A stretch of DNA of 63,332 nucleotides, counting the filler, from Globobulimina sp. (taxonomy: Eukaryota): assembly GCA_003354225.1 (NCBI GenBank). It is 28 parts of 28 records of this genome, joined end to end, with 100 filler letters (N's around TTAATTAATTAA, not from the genome) between each part and the next. Parts side by side here need not be neighbours in the genome. Positions count along the whole stretch, not along the records: positions 58,905 to 61,068 come from PIVH01008508.1; positions 61,169 to 63,332 come from PIVH01008509.1; 26 more parts are not named here. One strand, 5' to 3'. Both the position numbers and the translations under genes were made by a program. Shown in pieces: positions 59,919 to 63,332 of the stretch; position 1 is the first letter of the stretch; every line of letters begins with the position of its first letter. The notes under the pieces were generated by a model. The model ran no database searches and was not told the DNA's origin. It saw only the letters and a program-made list of their open reading frames with translations.

Positions 59919-61068
59919 ATGCGTATTGAAGAGCTAACACAGTTTGAAGAGTATATTCATATAATAACATTAGTTACAATGAGTTTATTAATGTTGATCT
60001 CAGCATATGAAGTATGCGTATCATCAATAAATGACCAACCACAAATAAAATATAGATTTACAACAATGTTATTTTGTTTCGTTCAATTAATTATAACATT
60101 GATGGCAACATTATATTTTTTAGTAACTGAACAGAAATGGAGATCATCGATAGCATTATTTATGCGATTATGTGGTGTCACGGGACGTATATTGGCTGTA
60201 TTATGTTGTTATTCCTTTATAGTAACAATTATTAAATCATTATATAAAGCGCCAATATATAAACATAACGTGCCTCGATGGTTTAGAGCATTTATTAAAA
60301 TTTTGTGCATATTAATAATGTTAATAGATATTATTCAAACAATTATATCATTTTCTATTCATGGTATTAACGGTACGACGTATTTACAAAATATATTTCT
60401 GTTTATATTGGAAACATGGATTTTATTGTTTAATATTGCATTATTTATCGCATTATTGGACGCAAAAAAACAAACCACAGAATTATTAAAAAGAGCAAAA
60501 GGAACGTATGGTAATAACGTTATGTCTCCATCAAAACCATCGGTCGATGCTAAACATAAAAAAATGAATCCCTCGTCGTCAAAATTTAATATTAAGAATG
60601 TGGTCTTACCGAAAACAGTCAATTTAATGGATATTGATGGTAAATCTATGCGAAGCAAACATATTAACAATGAACCATATGAAATATTAAAAAAACGATT
60701 ATTTAAAATATATTTACTGCTCTTCTTAAATTTTGTTATGTTTTTAATGTTAATATTGGGAGCGTGGTACACCTGGCATTTATATAAAAGTATTGAAAAC
60801 CGTCGATATCGTTTTCCATTGTTAACAGAATCACCAATGTCATCATTTGAGAGCTATTTAGTGTATAATGGAATGGCTATCATATACATTACATCATTAT
60901 TGTGGTGGTTATATATTCCAAAATCACTTTGTTGTGATAATATTGCTATAGATTCATTATTATATTATTGCTGCGTTCAGAATTGTTGTTTGGTATTTTC
61001 ACCGTCGGAGTATAATAATGCTAATTCTGATAAGCTTAAGAATGAGGCACAATTGCAAAATGAGGAGA
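59919..61068 (+). CDS. 7TM-like membrane protein (3' truncated)
   Basis: Seven hydrophobic segments with a long basic loop between the fifth and sixth. Confidence 0.75.
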
Positions 61069-61168
61069 NNNNNNNNNNNNNNNNNNNNNNNNNNNNNNNN
61101 NNNNNNNNNNNNTTAATTAATTAANNNNNNNNNNNNNNNNNNNNNNNNNNNNNNNNNNNNNNNNNNNN

Positions 61169-63266
61169 CACCATGTCACAGACATTAACGCCATGGATTC
61201 CGGACTGGAAAGTGAGTCACCTTTGTATCCATATGGATTGAATATCGGCGGAGGAACTCCAGTGGACACATTTGCAGCGTTACGTGCGTATATTGGTCAA
61301 CAAGAAGGTAAAAATATGAGTGACGAAGGCTCCAAATATAACGGTGGATTGTGGAGTTCAGATGAATCTGAAGGTGCTGCATCCGATTCAATGCTAGATG
61401 ATGAAGATTGGGTCAATAAACAACATCGGGCACGACAAGCATCACTAGCACAAACCTTTGCTGATGCCATCACAATCCCCGCATTGCATTCTGTGCAGCA
61501 AAAAGTGGCATATTACATTGGCCACAAAGAAAAATGGAAACCACCAAAGTATGATATGGTACCCGATCATTCCAATATGTTGACTGAGAAATTGCTGCAT
61601 CATAAAAAACATTTAGGTATTTCCCAGAAACGTTTTTCAGATTTTTTAATTTTCAGAAACGTTTTTCAGAGTTTTTCTGATTTTTAAATATTAAGATGAG
61701 AATATTAACGATGGGCTGAGTGTGCAGAAAAAATTGGGTCCGACAGATATTGGAACAGTCCATGGGTACAAACTGCCTAAATATAAGCCGCAGAAAAGTG
61801 AAAAAATGCTGTTTGGTTTCAAACCAAATGCCACTTTTCTCGATAATGACAAAGGATGGTATCCAAAACCGAGCAAACTTTATAAGAAAAGTGATACAAA
61901 GAAGAAAAAAGACAAACATGTAAAGTGCCAATCTGAAGGTGTAGATTCTGAGAAAAAAACAGGAGCTGCGAAAAAGTTCCAGGCAGTGAAAAAATTGTCG
62001 TTTGATGAGGAGACTGAAACAAATAAATATGAGTATGACAAGAAAAACGAGACTATAAAAGTAGGGAAACTATGCAATGAACATCAAAGGAGCCAGTCGC
62101 AGTTAGTTCGATCCAAAGCAAAGTTCAAAAAACAAAAGAAAAAACACGACGACGATCATAAAACATCTCAGCAAAACACAGGTTTTCATCTTATTTTGCT
62201 TTTTGAGCACTTACAAAACACACAAATGCTGCCACAGATCGCCAGGAATGGCTGGAAGATCAATTTACGTGGATTCCGAAAGTTGAGTTGAAAGCAGACA
62301 TCGAAGGAAATGCCACATCCAAGAAAAAAAAGAAAAAAACTACCAAATCTAAGAAAGCCAAATCCAAACCCAAAAGAAAGAAAAAAAAAAAGAAAATCCA
62401 GAATTTGGGTGCCATCGAAGATTTTGACGCAATCTGAAAAGAAAAAACGCTCAAACAATATGCGCATCAGTTTGCCGCCAATGAAGACGGACGGGAGGAC
62501 CAAGCAAATGGTGCTGAGTGTGTCCCCGTATCTGGACACTCCGCAAAGTACATCGCAAAGCATCTCCACGGACTCATTGTCGCCCTATTTCAGTATGGAA
62601 AATATGAAATCGACGCCGCACAGTACGGGCATCACGCCATTGGATGAATTTGTGCCTATGAGCTTGATAGAAGATGATGATGATAAACCCGTCGACTTTC
62701 GGCCCGTTCGCTATAAATCCGCGCCAGTTGCAGTGCATCAGGAAAATGAGCTGGGTGAAAATTCTGAGAGCGACTCCATGCCATTTATTATGGATATAAC
62801 GTTCAAAATGGGCATAAACAATCCGTTTGAAAACAACTTGAAACAATGTGTGAGTGCCGGCGGCAGTGTACATTCGTTGTTCGTGACTGATAATGTGATA
62901 TTTGAGGAATCGGATACGGATCAATATGGAGCTAATGAGGTGAATAAGTATCATGCCACACCGATGCCGGCTGGCAAGAGGCTGAAAAATAAAAACAATT
63001 CCGCTTCGTTTAAAATTCGAAAAAAGCAAGAAAGTAAAAAAAAAAATAATAAACAAAGATCACAGAGTTTGTTCAGTGGATCGAGCGGCAAAAAAGAAAA
63101 ATTAAAACAGCAAAATGATGCCAAGAACAAATATAAAGCGATGAACAGTGCAAAAGCGTATGTTGAAAATAGGAGTGTTAAATTAAATAAATCTGATCGG
63201 AAAAAAAGGAGAGCGAAATCAGAGAATAATAAAAATAACAAAAAAAAAATGAAACAAAAAAAATAA
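61169..63266 (+). CDS. Lys-rich low-complexity hypothetical protein (multi-exon, 5' truncated, exon boundaries uncertain)
   Basis: Three consecutive plus-strand ORFs. There is an intron donor near 61617 and a frame change near 62180-62310. Confidence 0.5.
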
Positions 63267-63332
63267 AAAAATGGGAATAAAAGAAAAAAATAAAAAAATA
63301 AGATATGAAAAAAAGGGAATGATAAAAATCCT

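Noticed and set aside
2168-61168. Regularly spaced TTAATTAATTAA within N-runs as a biological repeat or CRISPR-like array
   Set aside because: It is a synthetic all-frame-stop linker joining size-sorted contigs. Gene adjacency across linkers therefore means nothing.
61620-61690. Duplicated CAGAAACGTTTTTCAGA segment
   Set aside because: It is a small local duplication inside a probable intron, with nothing suggesting function.

Overview
This window is not one locus. It is 28 unrelated short contigs (2,167 down to 2,164 bp, size-sorted), each joined to the next by an artificial 100-bp linker (44 N + TTAATTAATTAA + 44 N). Most contigs are AT-rich eukaryotic genomic DNA with short GT-AG introns, Asn/His low-complexity proteins and expanded MYND, SAM, LRR, Tudor-like, multi-TM and Cys-rich families. 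That fits a rhizarian, probably a foraminiferan; this assignment is inference. One contig starts with about 600 bp of bacterial DNA (probable chimera), and two contigs may come from another eukaryote. Recognisable genes: soluble pyrophosphatase, ALDH, two SDRs, NTF2, a UDP-glycosyltransferase, a dynamin-related GTPase, NAC-beta, an SLC26 transporter, a WDR26-like protein, a TLC-domain protein and F-box proteins. The most interesting signals are: (1) a contig with identical 119-bp ends, i.e. a 2,046-bp circle or tandem unit, carrying one ET-domain/SAP-like gene and a repeat-rich non-coding half; (2) a RelA/SpoT-like nucleotidyltransferase fused to a SAM domain; (3) two unrelated genes (one with a visible signal peptide) in which an antimicrobial-peptide-like cationic helix abuts Asp/Tyr-rich acidic segments; (4) a 147-bp tandem array with a fold-back copy; (5) a pyrophosphatase-ALDH pair only 58 bp apart. 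All domain calls are by eye, with no database searches.
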